Assembly: GCF_026571515.1 (NCBI RefSeq)
Contig: NW_026865054.1
Location: forward strand, 62,001-126,000
Reading direction: 5' to 3'
Length of the DNA stretch: 64,000 nt
Source: Ruditapes philippinarum
Taxonomy: Eukaryota
Position numbers and translations under genes: made by a program. The notes under the pieces were generated by a model. That model was not told the origin of the DNA and searched no databases. It worked only from the letters and a program-made list of their open reading frames with translations. Each line of letters begins with the position of its first letter. The first letter of the stretch is position 1. Of the stretch, positions 12,501-42,389 are shown piece by piece.

Positions 12501-15450
12501 CATTTGAAAGAGTTGTTAGTTGCTAGTTAGATGTTCAGTAGTCTCTTTATTGATGAAAGAAGACGCCAGGTGATTGTCCGTAGAATATTTTGATATTATA
12601 TTAGCACGATGTAAATGCTGTTCATTATTATCCATTCCCTTTGATCATATAATCTTTCAACTGATAAGCCTCCAATGTTGTGACATGTTTTGAGATATGA
12701 GAATGCAGATGGTTGGATTCATCCCCATGAGGTTGCTTACTAGTAGTGGTATATGTCAAAAGAAGATGTTTTTGATCCAAAGAACAAATTTCATAACGGA
12801 TGGAGGTAAAATTTTGAACGAAATTTTACATGCAACAAACGATACTGTTGTAAAAATAAAATGGATTAGAGTATAGTTTTCTATAATTCACAATAACTGT
12901 TGTTTTTTTTCAGTTCTAAATTTTAATTTAAACAGAAGTATTTTGTCCTACATAGTCATAAATTGTTTAATGTTCAAGAGTAGGAGATAATTAGTTTTTC
13001 GACTTTGTTTCTTCTTATTCAGCTTCTATGATATTCAAGCATGCCTGATTCAAGGACTTGGCAAGCACCGTTGAAGTTGATCAAGACTGGTCACGATTCT
13101 TTCGAGAGGACCGGCACTTATTTACTCGCAAGAAGGTTTCGTGTTTGGGGCAGCTTTCTACACCTCTGTACCAGACTTGAAGTTGTTTCATTGTTGAGAG
13201 AGGTGGATATGGTGTCTTGTTAGAAATTATTTCTACTTTAATCTTCCAGGTATTTCATGTAGTTCAAATCATGAAAATATTTAAAGTGAATGGGCCCGAA
13301 ATGATAAGACTATGATAACAGTTTTTTTTTAATTATTTCAAGATAAAAAATATATTAAACTATGTTAAAACTTGTAAAAGTTAATTTTTTTAAACAATAA
13401 AGATTTATTCTCTTTTATGATCATTGCCTATATATTTATTTAACCGTTTTTCATAAAGGAGCTGGAGATGTGACTTGGTGACTGAAACGAATTAGTAACT
13501 TTGTGTTGACGGCAGAAAAAGAAACATCCTGCATACTCGTATGTATGACTTTTTGTGTTGAATTGTCATAAAATATAAATAGATAAAACCCCTAACAAAT
13601 CTGCAAATTGTAATTTAATTAAAAAGAATTTTTGACGAAAATTAATTGGTAATGTGAATTAATTTAAGGTTTAGTAAAGATTGAAAAAATCAAATTTAAT
13701 TCCTAAGGTATATTCAAGCTGATGGTTAAATCATTAATGTTCTTTTAAGAAGTGGTTATAAAAGCTGTACGCACTAAACTATCTATGATGCTTTATTAAC
13801 ACTTTATCAGAGCATTTTTGCTTAAAAAGGTTACTATTTGTAGATCTGAGCATGGTCAAGGAATTAGATATGCTGTGTCAGTAAAGATTACCTGAGGTTG
13901 ATGAGGTAAGTTTATATGATATTATAATGTGTTATTCTTGAGTATTTCTATGATAAAGTTTATTGCGTCTTAAAATCTTGACAAAAGATGATTTCATTTA
14001 CACAACACATGAATACAGATTAATAAAACAAAATAAATATGTAGTTTTTTATCATTTTTATTAAAAAAGATCTTTATGAAGAATGAAAAAAATATGTAAG
14101 TTATTCTTTGTCTAACAGTTGTGACATACCAATATTTCTTTAATATATCCCTTTCTCTTGACTCCAAGCTTCTGAGCATAATCAAAGTACTTCAACGTAT
14201 TATTGGTTGACCGTTTTTAATTTTTTAAAAGCTAAACATTAAACAAACGCTGTTCTAACGATTATTATAATATTCTTCCATTATAAACTCAATAAACTCA
14301 AAAAAATGGCATTTAAGAAATTCAAAGGCCCATTAAGCCTTAAAGATCGTACACTTTTCATTTTTAAAAGTTTTTAGTTTCAAAAAGTAACTCATTGGCA
14401 AAATACCTGAACTACCCTTTGTAACTCATGGTAGGACACCATCAATACGATATTTTCCTACAGAAGAATAAAATCATTACATTCATTTGAGGCGCAATGC
14501 GCCCTTCATATATCTCACAGAAATATCCTGCAAGAATTTATAAGTTGGATGTTTATAAGACAAATGTGAGTTATAAGACAAATTTGAGAAAAGCTGGAAG
14601 TTTAATTTCAAGGGCTAAAATGCAATGAGAAAGCTCGGAATGACTAGAAAGGGCATAATTAACAAAAATATTTTTTTTAATTTTTATTGCTGAAATGAGA
14701 TTGTAGGTTTCTTTAATACACATGAACATGGCTCAAATATATTATACAAGTGCTTGGATTCTCACCTAACTTTGATATATATATATCTTTACTGTAGTTG
14801 GCAATCAAAACATCGATGAATTATCTAAAAGCTAATTATGAAATTTTATTATCCCAACAGAGCACAACAGGGATTCACAGGAAATACTGCTGGCTAATTT
14901 GAGCATTATACTGAATATCCACACATACGATAGCAAGAATCAAACTATGCAGGTAAATTTATGTGACCAATGTATTATATAGATAATTGTTGGTCATTTT
15001 CATTGTTAATTAATAAATTCTGTAATCCCGACAGCAAAATTTGATTCGCAATCGAGTTAAAATAATTATGTTTAAACTAAAAACTTTATATAATGAAATA
15101 AATATTTTTCTCAGTAAATACTTGTATACAATGTATTTCACTATGAATGATATGGTCACAGGAATGATTCTTCATGACGGACGAGAAATATAATCGATGT
15201 TGAACATTGAATTCCGGAATTACACGTGTATGGACACTAAAGTGACATTTACCATAGAAACTGTCTTGCCACTGGATGGGGGAGAAGTGTAGCGATTCTG
15301 TGTGGACTCAAACCATCCAGTATATTGAAGTGAAACAGGGTCTTTGCGATTATACAAACTATCAAACTAAACTTCTTCCAACGCTGCCTAGTTCTAGTAA
15401 CTAGCATGTCCCAAGCCATGATAAAAGCAGAGGGGGAGAAATAAAGTTCA
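9540..15450 (+). pseudogene. Decayed multi-exon gene relic of unknown family, partly triplicated
   Basis: Three diverged copies of one coding-like segment (about 9545-9800, 10720-10850, 13050-13225; KHLQKKLESCH..RTWQTL*KLIKTGIDSSRVPVLIYAQEADVFGAAFYTS). Further AG..GT-bounded exon-like pieces at about 12660-12805, 13460-13538, 13843-13905, 14861-14952 and 15162-15450, most with in-frame stops. Confidence 0.45.
10863..12380. repeat. Diverged minisatellite, ~205-230 bp unit, ~7 copies
   Basis: Unit start TCCGTTGCGATGTCCTGGCTACGCGGG at about 10864, 11095, 11300, 11509, 11740, 11952 and 12175. Confidence 0.9.
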
Positions 15451-16162
15451 TAGTTTATGTCATTGTTCTCTTAACATAAACAATGTAAATGCAAAATATT
15501 TACTTAAATTTTCATCAAAACAAGACATAAAAGGTATTACGTTTTGTATATGATATATCTATCCCGTCATAACTTTACTACCTATATTTAAAGTGTTCTT
15601 TCCCCTTTGGTCTAAAATTTTGATTTAAGTTTTTTATTCTGTCTTTGAATTTTTTGGATCATAACTTAATTAATATTTGATCATCTCTAACGTCATATAT
15701 GGCTACTCTCCTGCGCATCGGTCGAATGTTCCACTATCGCCCACTGTCTGAAGTAAGGTGAGTGTATTCAGTGAGCTGCGAAGGGAGCGTATAATTGCTT
15801 ATTTCCACTTGTTGATATAGCTATCACTTTGTAATATTCAATGACTACGTGTTTAATTATCAAACAGTAAACTTTAATAGTTTGTAACATGTATGTATTA
15901 AATTCAATATTTTATTCGACAAAAACATAAATGTTTATCGCCCATGTAACATATGTACTATGACGGTACAAATACAAGTCATATTAATTAATTCAATCAA
16001 AGTCTGTCGACAATAACAGAACAATAAGATACTAAAGATGACCTATTTATAATAAATTCATATTATCAGAAAACTTGTGCTTTTCAGTGATGAAATATCT
16101 TTTTTCAATCGTACCGGAAAGCACATAATACTCGTACATCGATACTCCGCAAAGTCATTTCC

Positions 16163-16273
16163 GGGGCGCCAGACGAAAACATAAAAATACGACAAAGTAA
16201 ACATTGTGTCGTACTTTCGCTCCGCGGGACGCAAAATGATGACTCGTATTTTCGTGTTTCCGCCAGGCGCCCC
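16163..16273. repeat. GC-rich ~30-bp inverted repeat (hairpin/MITE remnant)
   Basis: GGGGCGCCAGACGAAAACATAAAAATACGA ... TCGTATTTTCGTGTTTCCGCCAGGCGCCCC are near reverse complements. Confidence 0.75.
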
Positions 16274-16450
16274 GCGGACCGAAAATGCTTTATGGCACAA
16301 ATAGGCCACCATATTGATGTCCAGTATACATTCATGTAATTTTCTGTAAATAAGAAAAATGGGCAGTTTAAACAGTAGGACCTATACCGTTACATGTTTA
16401 CCTTGGCTAAGCATAACTATAACTTACTGTAATATACCGCTAAAAAGAGG

Positions 16451-17270
16451 TTAAATCTGAATGCCTCCAGATGAGCCAAAATATTTCAAGAAAATAAAAC
16501 TTGGAATAACTGTACCAAAGTTTTAAGAAAAGTAAACAGATTAAAGATTCTAGTGATAATTTATATTTTATGTGCAATTATATAATGACTGTTGTTTCCA
16601 GTTTTAATCACCATGACCCGTGTTCACAAAGATTAAATTTAAGGATCAGGATCAAATTTAAAAACTCAAATATTCTCTATTATTTATCATCATAGATTAA
16701 ATTTTCAATATTAAGTTGATAAAACTGGACTAAAAATAGCATGTTTATGAAAGTTTAGAGTAAATTTACTATTGTTATTTTTACAAGAAAATGGCATTTT
16801 ATAGTTGATCCAAATTTTGATCTTGATCCTAAAATTGATCCTCATTTTGATCCGATTATTTTTGTATTTGTTTATTTAGTTATTATAGTTGATTTTATCC
16901 CAAAATATATATAGGTTGGTTTCTTTGCAAATAAGCAATTTTTTATAATTCGAATATGTACCATTTATTCTAGCATAATACAATCAATTTTAGTTTTATA
17001 AAACAATGAAAAAAAATTAGGATCACCTGATCTTGATCCTGATCTTTTCTTTGTGAACACGGGGCATGGCATATTTCTACTGCATTACTAACGCAGTATA
17101 GGGACTATTTTTGCATATTTTGACCTCTTTTTTGGTATACGTGGATAACAAATGCCGGTTGCAATGTGTCAATTACTTTCTTTGTTTATTTCTCAATATT
17201 TTACTTTAAGATACATTTTCAGAATTTCATGAAAATTAGCTTGGATGAATCTGGACGCGTGCTGCTTTAC
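16451..17270 (-). mobile_element. TTAA-flanked (Kolobok-like) MITE interrupted by a second MITE
   Basis: Ends TTAAATCTGAATGCCTCCAGA / TCTGGACGCGTGCTGCTTTA. The body is the reverse complement of the copies at 31791, 36153 and 40657. Confidence 0.75.
16616..17064. mobile_element. 449-bp MITE with TIR CCCGTGTTCACAAAGA and CATG target-site duplication
   Basis: CATG|ACCCGTGTTCACAAAGA...TCTTTGTGAACACGGGG|CATG, with internal GATC-rich subterminal repeats. The uninterrupted sister host copy near 36350 has a single CATG at this position. Confidence 0.85.
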
Positions 17271-17435
17271 GCGTGAACGAAAATTAGTGGTCTGTAGCCT
17301 ACTGAAAAAATCTTGTTGGATTATAATACCATTACACCGTTTATTTGTTTACATGTTGGTACAAAAACTGCTTTGTGAATAAAGGACAAATCGATGTGCC
17401 AATCCGATGTTACCTCATTAAGACATTGATTTGCA

Positions 17436-35243
<17,808 letters not shown>

Positions 35244-35610
35244 ATCAACACTGCCAATAAAAGTGCCAATAAAGCGCTTATAAAGCACATGTTGTAAATT
35301 TCCATTGGAAGTGTGTAGGAAACAGGCACTAAAAGTGTGTAGTTAAGTGGTGCTCCAGAACGCTTTCAAGAAGTATTGTGTGTGGTTTTATGTACAATGT
35401 GTTAATTTGCTGTGACCTTTTTTTCCGGATTTTGTTGTGTTTATGCCTCTAGTTTGTGGTTTGAATCTCTGTTTTTGTTGCCAAAAGTCAAAACATATCA
35501 AAAAATTTTTTTGCTTTTTTCTATTTTACATTCCATTAAAATGTTTACCTTACATTCCATTTAAAGTGTTTATGTGTTTAAAAAATATGTACATGTATAA
35601 TGTATTTTAT

Positions 35611-35989
35611 TTAAAGGCACATTATGCCTCAGAAACAAAAAAATATTTACTTTTTCAGAAAGGGCAAACATGAATTTTAATTTTTATAATGATTAAATAA
35701 TGGTTTTAAAAATGTTACATGCTTTTACCTGAAGAAAGTAGTGATACATGTGAAATAATTTATCATAAAAGTAGCAGAATGTGAACAAAGTGCATGTTGT
35801 ATTTTGACTTCCATACCAAATACTAATTCATCATAACTGCTCTTATTGCCAAAAAGTAACAGGTGAAAAAGATGGTTCAGGTAACTGGCCAATAAATAAC
35901 GTTTTGGAGACTTATATATATAAGTACAACAAAATTAAAAGCTTTTGAGAAAGAGAAAAAAGCATTTCTGAGGCATAGTGAGTCTTTAA
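35611..35989. mobile_element. TTAA-flanked MITE, second family (another copy at about 46875-47228)
   Basis: TTAAAGGCACATTATGCCTCAGAAA ... TTTCTGAGGCATAGTGAGTCTTTAA. Confidence 0.75.
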
Positions 35990-36152
35990 AAAGAAATATT
36001 ATATCACTCGTTGTGATCATAGTGATCATTACAATGTAGGTACTAGTATGTTTGTTACTTAGTTGATTACTTTATAACTGCTTGTTAACTATATTTACTA
36101 AGTAAATATTAAAGTTTATAGTATGATTGAAACTGTGTTAAGAGTGACTTCT

Positions 36153-36504
36153 TTAAAGCAGCACGCCTCCATATTCATGCTAATTTTCATGAAAATTTGA
36201 AAATTTCTGTTAAAGTATAAGTATGTGAAGTTATAAAAAAGAAGCAATATTGACATTATCAATAGCACTTACAACCCCGTATATTACCAAAAAAGGGGTG
36301 AAAATATGCAAATATTGCCCTTACTGCATTAGTAACGCAGTAGAAATATACATGTAGTTAAAAATAATGAAAATTCAGTCATTAACTGCACATAACATTT
36401 GAATTATTTTTTTAATCTTAAAGATTTCCGAAAATCTTCGTGTATTTTTCTCATGTTGGATTTTATTAGAATATTTGGGCTTATCTGGAGGCATGTAGCT
36501 TTAA
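36153..36504 (+). mobile_element. TTAA-flanked (Kolobok-like) MITE
   Basis: TTAAAGCAGCACGCCTCCA ... TGGAGGCATGTAGCTTTAA; homologous to the copy at 31791. Confidence 0.8.
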
Positions 36505-36604
36505 CAGGTAACAGAATTTTGTTATCATTGTCAAAGAGCAAAGATTTTAAATTTGGATTAATTTTCTGCACTGCAAAAGGTGAATGTATTTCGTTTATAA
36601 TAAT

Positions 36605-39595
36605 AATAAAGGCTTTATTTAACAAGGCTACATATTCGCCAAAACGATCTTCCATATGTACCTCAACATATTTACAACATATTTACATCAAATAATTGTA
36701 CAAAAGACAATGTAATATTATAAAACATAGCATTAACTAGTTATAAATGCAATGACAAACTAAACATAAATATTAACCATTAACAATGAAAACTGCAGTA
36801 AACATAATTACCGGTATACAAAAATAATACTTATGGTACTGGTTTAACCAGAGTACTTGCACTTTATGTAAGTTTTTTTTAATTTTTCAGTACTTTCAGA
36901 CTGACGTACATAGAGTGGTATATTATTCCAGATTTTAGTTCCAGAATAAGAAAGTGATTTACGGTAAAACTCAAGATTAGGTTTAGGGACATGTAGATTA
37001 AGATTGTTTGTTGATCTGAGATTTCTGTTATGTAAAGTTGAGACAAAATGAAATTTTTCTTTCATGTAGCATGGTGAGTTTTCTTCATGTAATGATTTGT
37101 ATATCAGGATAGCCTTTTTGTACTCAACCCTGTCATTAAATTTCATCCATCTTAATTCTTTGAAAAGAGGTTCAGATGGTGCATCTGCAGCTTTATCTAG
37201 AATAATGCGAGCTGCTCGTTTTTGAAATTTTAGCATTCTCTCAAGAAGTTCTTTTGAGCAATTTCCCCAAATTGAACAGCAATAGTCTATATGAGGTAAA
37301 ATATAGGCATTATAGAAGTTTCCTGGCATGTAAATTAAGATATTGTTTTAACCTTAAAAGAAGATAGAGATTACTATTGGATTTCTTTATTGTTTGTTCC
37401 ACTTGAAGTTTCCACGTTAGGCAATTGTCAACTTGTACTCCAAGAAGCTTTTCAGATTCAGTGAACTCTATATTATTGTTAAGTAATTGAAGTGGTGTAC
37501 TTGTTGATGCATGAGTGTAATGTTGGGTCTTTTTTGAGGTGAATATGTACATAGCTTTGGTTTTTTTGTCTGTATTAGGTATCATAGCACTGTGAGTGCA
37601 CCATTCTTGAAAAGAGGTTAGGTCTTTTTGAAGTTTTACATTTAAAGTTTCAGTGGAACGTCCTGTAGCACTAATTGTAGCATCATCTGCAAACATATCC
37701 ATTTCTGAGTGTTCAAGATGTAAAGGTAAATCATTTATATAGATCAAGAATAAAATGGGCCCTAAGACAGATCCTTGAGGTACTCCAGCTGATACACCCA
37801 AAGACTCAGATGTGGTGCCTGACACAGAAAGACTCAGACGTGGTGCCTGACACAGACACCTTCTGAGATCTTTCTGTTAAGTATGATTGAATCCACTGTA
37901 ATTTATGATCTGAATTGTTATAACAACTAAGTTTTTCAATGAGTAGTGTATGGTTAACTAGATCAAATGCTTTTGTTAGGTCAAGAAATATGGTTCCTAC
38001 AAGATTGTTGTTATTGATTTGATCAATCCAGTTGTCTACTATGGATGTTAGACCAGTTTCACAAGAGTGACTTGTTCTAAACCCAGATTGTTTTTGATGA
38101 AAAAGGTTATTGTCTTCAAGAAATTGTTTGAGACTATCAGATACATGATTTTCAATGATTTTTGATAAAACAGGTAAAACAGAGATTGGTCTATAGTTAT
38201 TTTTATCAAATTTAGACCCTTTTTTAGCTCGACTATTCGATAAGAATAAGTAGAGCTATTGCAGTCACCCGAGCGTCGGCGTCGGCATAACCACTTATGT
38301 TAAAGTTTTTGTAATAGTTCAAATATTTTCAAAGTCCATTGACATATGGCTTTGAAACTTTGCACACTTGTTCACCATCATGACCCCAACCTGTAGACAG
38401 GAGGAGGTAACTCTATCAAGCATTTTGACAGAATTATGCCCCTTTTTAGCTCGACTATTCGATAAGAATAAGTAGAGCTATTGCAGTCACCCGAGCGTCG
38501 GCGTCGGCGTAACCACTTATGTTAAAGTTTTTGTAATAGTTCAAATATTTTCAAAGTCCATTGACATATGGCTTTGAAACTTTGCACACTTGTTCACCAT
38601 CATGAGCCCAACCTGTAGACAGGAGGAGGTAACTCTATCAAGCATTTTGACAGAATTATGCCCCTTTTTCGACTTAGAATTTACGTTAAAGTTTTTGTAA
38701 TAGTTCAAATATTTTCAAAGTCCATTGACATATGGCTTTGAAACTTTGCACACTTGTTCACCATCATGACCCCAACCTGTAGACAGAGGAGGTAACTCTA
38801 TCAAGCATTTTGACAGAATTATGCCCCTTTTTCGACTTAGAATTTACGTTAAAGTTTTTGTAATAGTTCAAATATTTTCAAAGTCCATTGACATATGGCT
38901 TTGAAACTTTGCACACTTGTTCACCATCATGACCCAACCTGTAAACAGGAAGAGGTAACTGTATCAAGCATTTTTTTTACTATCAAGCACTAAGAATAGT
39001 CGAGCGTTGCTGTCCTACCGACAGCCCTTTTTGTAGATTGGAATTATTTAAGCCATTTTAAATGCAGAAGGAAATGTACCTGTATCATTACTTAGGTTAT
39101 TATTTTAACCACATGGCTTGAGATAGCATGGCAGCTAAGTTTTAAGAAACGAGCACCTATTTGGTCAAGGCCAGTAGCTTTGCTTCTGTCTAGAGTTTCA
39201 AGCATGTTCCTCACAAATGTTTCAGATATTGGGGGAATTCGAAACAATTGGTCAGTTTTGAAACAAGTTGAATTATGATTTCTCAGTCTAGTTTTGTATG
39301 ATTCGGGATAGTTATTGACATGAGGTGCCCTTTTAAAAATACTTGTGAAGAATTCATTAAATTTCGTTGCGCTTTCAGCAGGATCAGTGATTGGTTCTCC
39401 ATTTTCATCGTTAATGAATTGAGTTTGAGTATTAGTATTTGTTCCTGATAGGTGTTTTAAATTTTGCCACATTTTCTTTGTATCTTTTTTATTTTCATTG
39501 ATCACTGTGTTGAAAAAATACTTTTTAGCTTCTGCAGTAAGTTTCTTGACTTTTGAGCAAAGTATTTTATAAGTATCATACAAGTTTCCATTCAA
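36605..39595 (-). mobile_element. 5'-truncated CR1/L2-group LINE, interrupted by a HINE
   Basis: ORFs 39092-39595 (KATGLDQIGARFLK), 37310-37825 (GVPQGSVLGPILFLIYINDL, MFADDAT) and 36844-37329 (IDYCCSIWG, QKRAARIIL). It is related to the LINE at 27141-29290. Confidence 0.92.
38221..39031 (+). mobile_element. HINE/pearl-like element with duplicated head and ~164-bp core units, inserted into a T-run of the LINE
   Basis: Head TTTTAGCTCGACTATTC...(GGCGTC)n at 38221 and again at ~38444; cores at 38299, 38521, 38685 and 38848; 3' inverted repeat GAATAGTCGAGC and hairpin GCTGTC..GACAGC. Confidence 0.85.
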
Positions 39596-40656
39596 GGTTA
39601 AAGAAATTTCTGTATCAAAATAAAAAATTGAGCTACCAACAGTATAGAGCTTGGTTAGACTGCTCTACACTGGTGGCTAAATGCTAATCTCTCTAATGCA
39701 AGTTTTGTATGATATGCATTTGCATGTTTAAGAGAAAAAAAATTTTTACACCATGTTATAAGCATTACTCAACATACATGGGTTGTCATTGAGATAAATC
39801 TAAAAATAGAGTGTTTAGATTGTGTTCCGATATTATGATACGAAATGAAATCAATATACATGTATACCCCACAGCTTGTTCATAGACCTTCATCACATAT
39901 AAATTGAATGCTTATTATTGTATAACAAGTACATTTAGCTTTTAGCTCCACAAAGAAAAGACTGGCTATTGTCATAAGTTCTACATACCACACCCTTTTT
40001 CAGGTCAAAGGTCAAGGTCAGTAGGACCTGTAATAACGAAAATAAACTGGCCATTTAACCAAAGTGCATTGACCTAGATACTTCAAAGTTTGTATCTTTA
40101 TAAACCTCAGGTCCTGGGTTCAAGACTTGGCCAGGTTGCATATTTTTATTCTCCCTGTGACAATTATATTGTAAGATTCAGGAAATTGGAAGACATGTAG
40201 TAATCCAACATAAAGATCCTGTATGTTGTAATTGAGGTTGTATACCACACTTAAGTGAAATTATATATATGTTTATAATTTTGCTTATAAACAACTTTCA
40301 AACATCAAAGACTATGTAAAATATGTGTTCATATAATATGAAATCATTAAAATATATGCATTCATTTCTTATTGAAAAATTTGAGTATGACTTTATATAG
40401 AAAAAAAAATTATTACCTCCCTTTATTTACATGAAATGTTAAATTCGATAATATCTTTATAAGTTATGCTTTTTGAAACTTGCAAAATTGATAAATCTTA
40501 ATTTGAGCATCATATTTATGATATAAAAGCATAAAAAATTTGTGTTACAGGATCTTAAGTGGTTTATCTCAGGTTTGAGACACAGCCAGGCTCAATATTT
40601 TTGTCTTTGACAAGTATATTATAAGATTGGTAATTGAATTTTTTGTGATAATTATC

Positions 40657-41012
40657 TTAAAGCAGCATGCCTTCAGATTCATGCTAATTTTCATGAAAAT
40701 TTTGAAAATATATTAAAAAGTATAATATTGTGAAGTGAACAAAGAAAATAATTTTCACATTGCAAAACAGCACTTACAACTCATGTAAATTACCAAAAAG
40801 GATGTCAAAATTTGCAAAAATAGCCCTTGCTTTGTTAGAAAGGCAATAGAACTATGGTGGCAATATTGCAAAATCTGTCATAAACGCCACATAGCATGGA
40901 AATTATTACTTTTATCTTGAATTGTTTTACTTTTCGTATATTCTCAGTAGATTTTTCTCAAGTTTGATTTTCTAGAAATATTTTGGCTTAACTGGAGGCA
41001 TGCAGCTTTAAA
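40657..41012 (+). mobile_element. TTAA-flanked (Kolobok-like) MITE
   Basis: TTAAAGCAGCATGCCTTCAG ... CTGGAGGCATGCAGCTTTAA. Confidence 0.8.
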
Positions 41013-41096
41013 AGTCAAAGTTATTCAGTAGTATTGTTGTTTTATACATATTTGTAGTATTTATTATTATTCTGTTGTTGATTGTTTTGATATAAT

Positions 41097-41167
41097 GATA
41101 TTTAAACACAAGGGGTTGTGATATTTAAACACAAGGAGTTGTGATATTTAAACACAAGGGGTTGTGA
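41097..41167. repeat. 23-bp tandem repeat x3
   Basis: GATATTTAAACACAAGG(G/A)GTTGT repeated three times. Confidence 0.9.
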
Positions 41168-41967
41168 ATATACATGAGGCTCTGTCAGTTTGTTTTTAAT
41201 TCTTGTTGAATTGTTGTTTCACTCAAAGAGAGAGTTACCTGTGATATTAGATTTTAACAGTATCAAATGATTATTAATTCTTTTTCATATGATACTGTAA
41301 AATAACACCATATAATATGGTTACATTGAAAACAAGACATTGAATGTATCTCATCAAACTTTTTTTTTTTGCACTCACTCAGTCTGAATGTGTGGGTGGG
41401 GGAATGTTGGATATTATAATGTTCATAACATCTGTGATTTTATCTTGCCTTTATAAAAAATAAAATTAACACCCGGATAAAATATGTATTACTTGTTATT
41501 GTTCCTTATTTAAATTGAATGAACACACTTTGGAAAGTTTGATGTGACCAGACATCTTTATGTACAAAAAATGTTAAACACACAAAAATTCATGGAATAC
41601 ATAATACAGTTTAAACACTTCCAGAAAAACAGTTGTCAGACTGAAAACAGCCTTCAGTTTTTTTTAGTGCTTACGAGTAAAACAAGAACCATGACGGAAT
41701 TTTCTTCTGCCTTACAAGGGAAGATAATTCAATAAAATATAGCAGGAGTTACTTGTCATGAATGGTAAATAAAATTGTACATGATGCCCGATACAAGTAT
41801 TATTTCGTAACTGAGCATTTGATGAGAATTATGACTTAACTAATTACTGTTTCAACACCAATGCTTGGGAATATAATGGACAGCATCACCATTTTCCAAA
41901 TATATATGTTGTTAAGCTAAATATTCAACATTTCTTTACAAAAAATTTTGATTTTGGAAATAAACTT

Positions 41968-42150
41968 GGTGGCTGCATGACCGAGTGAGTAACACGTCGT
42001 ACTAGCAATCTAAGGATCGCTATCTGCGTGGGTTAAAACCCCGTCGGGAACAAGCCATTGTTTCCTTTACACTTATTGCTCAGTACTGGTTGGTTCCAGG
42101 AACTGACTGTAAGCTATAAGCTTCCTACACAATTGAAATAAAATATATTC
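41968..42150 (+). mobile_element. tRNA-derived CORE-like SINE
   Basis: Degenerate A/B boxes followed by TTGCTCAGTACTGGTTGGTTCCAGGAA, also present at ~51125 (+) and ~60240 (-). Confidence 0.7.
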
Positions 42151-42389
42151 TAAGTAACCATTGAATGGATGTAGAACAACATGTAAAGAACACCAGAGTC
42201 GGTTTAAGCAACTTTATTCATCAATAGGTTTCGGTTAAACAATGACATCTATCAGGATAATAATAATAAATATTATATAAACCAAAATTTATCAAAAACA
42301 AGACACCTCAATTAAGGTTCCAGCCTCTGAATTGAGGTATCTTTATTGCTAATAGCAGTAAAATAGCTTCCAAATAAATTATGAATCAA

